A stretch of 27,924 nt of DNA. Origin: a virus. Taxonomy: Duplodnaviria; Caudoviricetes. Within the stretch, counting starts at the first letter, position 1, and every line of letters begins with the position of its first letter. The translations under genes were made by a program, and so were the position numbers. The stretch spans positions 1 to 27,924 of the IMG/VR virus record IMGVR_UViG_3300037751_000542, one strand, 5' to 3'. The notes beneath the pieces were generated by a model. The model was not told where the DNA came from, did no database searches, and saw only the letters and a program-made list of their open reading frames with translations. This document shows positions 24,764 through 27,924 of this stretch, piece by piece.

Positions 24764-26506
24764 ATGCAATGGTTTAACAGATTTTCAGAAATTTACTCCG
24801 CCGGCATAGCTCACAGTTTCATACTCCACTTCAACGTGAAAGACTATGCCGCCCCAGATCAGCCTTGCACCCCCGCCCAGTACCTCACAAAGCGCCTGGC
24901 TTCCCGTGACATAGTGGCCAACTACAGCCGCGATCAGGGTATCACCTTCCCCACCGCAACCATGGAAAAGAACGCCCTTGAAATCCTCGACCTCGACCAG
25001 CAACCGGCCAACGATCCCGCCCTGGCCGCCCTGGCCGCCCTCGGCACGCCCACCCCACAGCCTGGCGAACTCCCCCGCAGCCCCGGCCAGGCCCTCCCCC
25101 TGCTGGACAAAATCCTCAGGAATAGCTCCTCTGCCGCCGTCATCATCGAGGACGGCAGCCTCATTACCCCCGACGCATCCCTGGCCATCCTCCCCCCGGA
25201 AGACCGGGATAACCTGGCTATGCTGGCCCGATGGGGCCGAGACCCGAAACTTATCAGCAATGGCAACCCCATATTTGTACTAACCGACAATCTTAGCGCA
25301 ATTCACAACGAACTGCGCACCGCCTCAAACCGATGGGAAGCCATCGAAATCCCACTACCCGGGCCAGAGGGACGACAGGCCTTCGTCAATCAATGGATGG
25401 AGAAAAACGCCAAATTCCTGGCAGACGAAGACGTTCGTGAGCCTCAGTCGAACGAAACCGAAAGCGCAAAAATCGCCGCACTCACCGCCGGCTTAAGCCT
25501 GGTCCAGGTCGAGGACATCCTGCTGCGCGGCAACCTGGCCGGAGAACTCACGGCCCGGATGATCCAGGAACGCAAGGAAACCATCATCCGCAACGAGTAC
25601 GGCGACGTGCTTGAAATCATCGAGCCGAAATTCAGCCTGGCAGACATCGGCGGCCTGGCCCACGTCAAAGACTTCTTCACCAAAAATGTCATCCGCCCCA
25701 TCAAGGACGGCCGCCGGGGCCGCGTCCCCATGGGCGTGCTGATGACCGGCCCAGCCGGCACCGGCAAAAGCATCATGGCCGTCGCCGTCGCCAAAGAAGC
25801 CGGCATCAACGCCGTCAATCTCCGAATTGGCGGCCAAATCGCCAGCAAATGGCAGGGAGAAGGGGAGCGAAATCTGGACAAGGCCCTCAGAGCCATCCAG
25901 GGCCTGGCCCCAACAATTGTCTTCATCGATGAAATAGACCAGGTCATTTCTCGCGGAGATGGCGGCAACCAGCAAAACAGCCGCATTTTCCAACGCCTGC
26001 TTGAATTCATGAGCGACACCGGCCACCGTGGACAGGTCGTCTTCCTGGCCGCCACCAACCGGCCAGACCTCATGGACGCCGCCCTGCACCGCCCTGGGCG
26101 CTTCGATAAAAAAATACCCTTCCTGGTGCCCGACCTGGAGGAACGCGATGACATATTCCGGGTAATGACCCGCCGCTACCTGGACATTGAGCCTCCAGTA
26201 TCAGACGAAACCCTTACCCTCACCGAGGGCTGGACCGGGGCCGAAATCGAAGCCGCCGTAATCAAAGCCGCCGAAATCATCGAAGACGAGGACCAGGCCC
26301 CATCATGCGCCATCGACTCAGCCTGCGAACGCCTCTCCCCCTCCACCGCCGACATCGAACTCATGACAGCCCTGGCCATCCGAGAGTGCAACGACCGCGA
26401 TCTCCTCCCACCCCGGTACCGGGAGATGCTCAACGACCGCCAGAAACTCGATGACCAAATTTCAGAAAAGAAAGGAAACATCAGCCGTGGATCCCGTACT
26501 TTATAA
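24764..26506 (+). CDS. AAA+ ATPase (degenerate N-terminal plus active C-terminal AAA domain; Ycf46-like architecture)
   Basis: DIGGL, Walker A GPAGTGKS, Walker B IVFIDEID, SRH ATNRPDLMDAALHRPGRFD, and TGAEIEA; AAAGGA RBS before ATG 24764. Confidence 0.9.
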   Translation: MQWFNRFSEIYSAGIAHSFILHFNVKDYAAPDQPCTPAQYLTKRLASRDIVANYSRDQGITFPTATMEKNALEILDLDQQPANDPALAALAALGTPTPQPGELPRSPGQALPLLDKILRNSSSAAVIIEDGSLITPDASLAILPPEDRDNLAMLARWGRDPKLISNGNPIFVLTDNLSAIHNELRTASNRWEAIEIPLPGPEGRQAFVNQWMEKNAKFLADEDVREPQSNETESAKIAALTAGLSLVQVEDILLRGNLAGELTARMIQERKETIIRNEYGDVLEIIEPKFSLADIGGLAHVKDFFTKNVIRPIKDGRRGRVPMGVLMTGPAGTGKSIMAVAVAKEAGINAVNLRIGGQIASKWQGEGERNLDKALRAIQGLAPTIVFIDEIDQVISRGDGGNQQNSRIFQRLLEFMSDTGHRGQVVFLAATNRPDLMDAALHRPGRFDKKIPFLVPDLEERDDIFRVMTRRYLDIEPPVSDETLTLTEGWTGAEIEAAVIKAAEIIEDEDQAPSCAIDSACERLSPSTADIELMTALAIRECNDRDLLPPRYREMLNDRQKLDDQISEKKGNISRGSRTL

Positions 26507-27884
26507 AGTCATAGACTTCCCAAGCAACGGAAAAGCAAAAATGTACCAGACAGCCAAGCAAACCCAACGCCAATACATCGCCCAAATCCTCGGCGAGGAT
26601 GAAGAAAATATCACCGCTACCGATCCCGCCTGGGCCAGGCTCATGAAAGAAGGCGTATTAGTCCGGCTCCACATCGGCCGCTGGAGAGCAAAAACCAAAC
26701 TCAGTTGGTCAGACCTGGGTATAGTCCTGGGCAACGAAGAAGACAAAAAGCTCCGGGGCGTGATCGACCTGGGCCACAAGAAACTGTTACCCGGGTCAAT
26801 TCTCAAAGAGCTTGATGCCGCCGAAACCGGTGCACGCCGGTGGGTTGAAAAAATGTCGTATAGAACCTATTGGGGATTTTTTCTGCCGGTCACCGCCTAC
26901 GAGGAATGGAAGAGCAAAAACGACGAGCTGAAGGCCGAATACTTCCGCCTCCGCCGCGACCTGGTCAGCAATTACGACCAGATGAAAAAAACCGTATTAA
27001 ACGATTATCGGATTGCCGCCCACGAAGCCTACAAGCGCCTAGGCGCGCTCCACCCGGAGACATTGAACCGATTTCCGACTGAAAGCAGCTTCGTAGCCAA
27101 CTTCCTGGAGATCATCGAGAGCCACCTCCCCACCGCCCTGGCCGTCCAAAACAGCTTCTATTACACCGCCGAACTGCAATACATCCCCCTCCCCAGCCTC
27201 CTGGCCGGCGAGCGGGCCGAGGCCGAACGCATCGAGGCCGCCCGCCTGCTTGAGCGCGAACAAGAGGAGGCCGCCTTCCGCCTCGAGCGGGAGCAAGAAC
27301 GAGCCGCCAGCCAACTGATCTGGACAGAAGCGCAGTGGAAAGAGAAGCTCATGCGTGACATGCACGCCGACGTAATCGGCAAAGCGCAGCAGCAAAAAGA
27401 GGAAATGATCGATACGTTTCTCCGAGATCTAATCGTCCAACTCCGAGGAACCGTCTACCAGGCCACCACCGACGTCGTAGCCGCCATCCAAAAAAAGGAC
27501 GGCCTGGCCCCCCGCAGCATTGTCCAACTAAAGAGCCTGGTCAAACAGGTCAAAAACCTCAACTTCTACGACGACAAGGAAATTGAGCAGATGATGGGGC
27601 CCATCAGGTCTATCCTCAACCAGGACGCCGACGATCGCAACGTCGCCGCCATCGAGCAACAACTACTCAACATCGCCACCGTGACCCGGGTCAGCCTCAT
27701 GGAACTGGGCGAACTACCCCGCAGTGGTCGTAACATCGGCCTGGCCGATGACATAGAGGCCAAAGACCTAAACCGCGCCCGGCGGGAGCTTGGCCTGGCC
27801 GATGACATCGAGGCCGCCGAACTACCCCGTCAAAACCGCTCGGCTGAGAGCTCGCGCCGAAGCCGAATGGCAATAGCGCAATAG
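26487..27884 (+). CDS. Large helical/coiled-coil protein (DUF3150-like, tentative)
   Basis: GTG after AAAGGAAACATCAGCC (alternative ATG 26541); K.LLP...LKEL...E..AR...WGFFLP pattern; GLADDIEA duplicated near the C-terminus. Confidence 0.75.
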   Translation: MDPVLYKVIDFPSNGKAKMYQTAKQTQRQYIAQILGEDEENITATDPAWARLMKEGVLVRLHIGRWRAKTKLSWSDLGIVLGNEEDKKLRGVIDLGHKKLLPGSILKELDAAETGARRWVEKMSYRTYWGFFLPVTAYEEWKSKNDELKAEYFRLRRDLVSNYDQMKKTVLNDYRIAAHEAYKRLGALHPETLNRFPTESSFVANFLEIIESHLPTALAVQNSFYYTAELQYIPLPSLLAGERAEAERIEAARLLEREQEEAAFRLEREQERAASQLIWTEAQWKEKLMRDMHADVIGKAQQQKEEMIDTFLRDLIVQLRGTVYQATTDVVAAIQKKDGLAPRSIVQLKSLVKQVKNLNFYDDKEIEQMMGPIRSILNQDADDRNVAAIEQQLLNIATVTRVSLMELGELPRSGRNIGLADDIEAKDLNRARRELGLADDIEAAELPRQNRSAESSRRSRMAIAQ

Positions 27885-27904
27885 CCTTATAAATCAACCG
27901 GGGA

Positions 27905-27922
27905 GGCGGGGATATCCCCGCC
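27905..27922. other. Perfect 18-bp palindrome
   Basis: GGCGGGGATATCCCCGCC downstream of the last gene, at the window edge. Confidence 0.6.
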
Positions 27923-27924
27923 CC

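Noticed and set aside
25444-26154. Minus-strand ORFs opposite the AAA ATPase
   Set aside because: Antisense shadows of a well-supported gene.
1-27924. tRNA/rRNA genes, integrase/att sites, terminal repeats indicating a complete circle
   Set aside because: None was recognised by eye. The window ends do not overlap and the first ORF is truncated.

Overview
Part of a tailed dsDNA (Caudoviricetes-like) phage or prophage; no integrase, replicase or lysin is visible in the window. A leftward (minus-strand) morphogenesis operon at about 19.2 kb to 2.0 kb encodes TerS, TerL, a portal with a MuF-like C-terminus, a protease-scaffold-major capsid fusion, two head-tail adaptor-like proteins and several fibre or appendage proteins. 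No tail tube or tape measure gene is recognisable. A rightward early region from 20.2 kb to the end encodes a RecT/Bet-like recombinase, a SWIM-like protein and an AAA+ ATPase module, and further small rightward genes occupy 1-1.9 kb, converging on a bidirectional terminator. The most striking feature is a 1,120-nt two-gene operon (20169-21288) whose sense strand has only 9 adenines by manual count. Its Shine-Dalgarno sites and terminator are A-free, and it encodes a DprA/SLOG-like protein ending in the beta-clamp motif QLSLF. The element also carries three families of short repeats: REP-like hairpins that sit inside intact genes, a 17-bp element, and heptamer arrays. All calls come from motif recognition and manual reading; no database searches were run.
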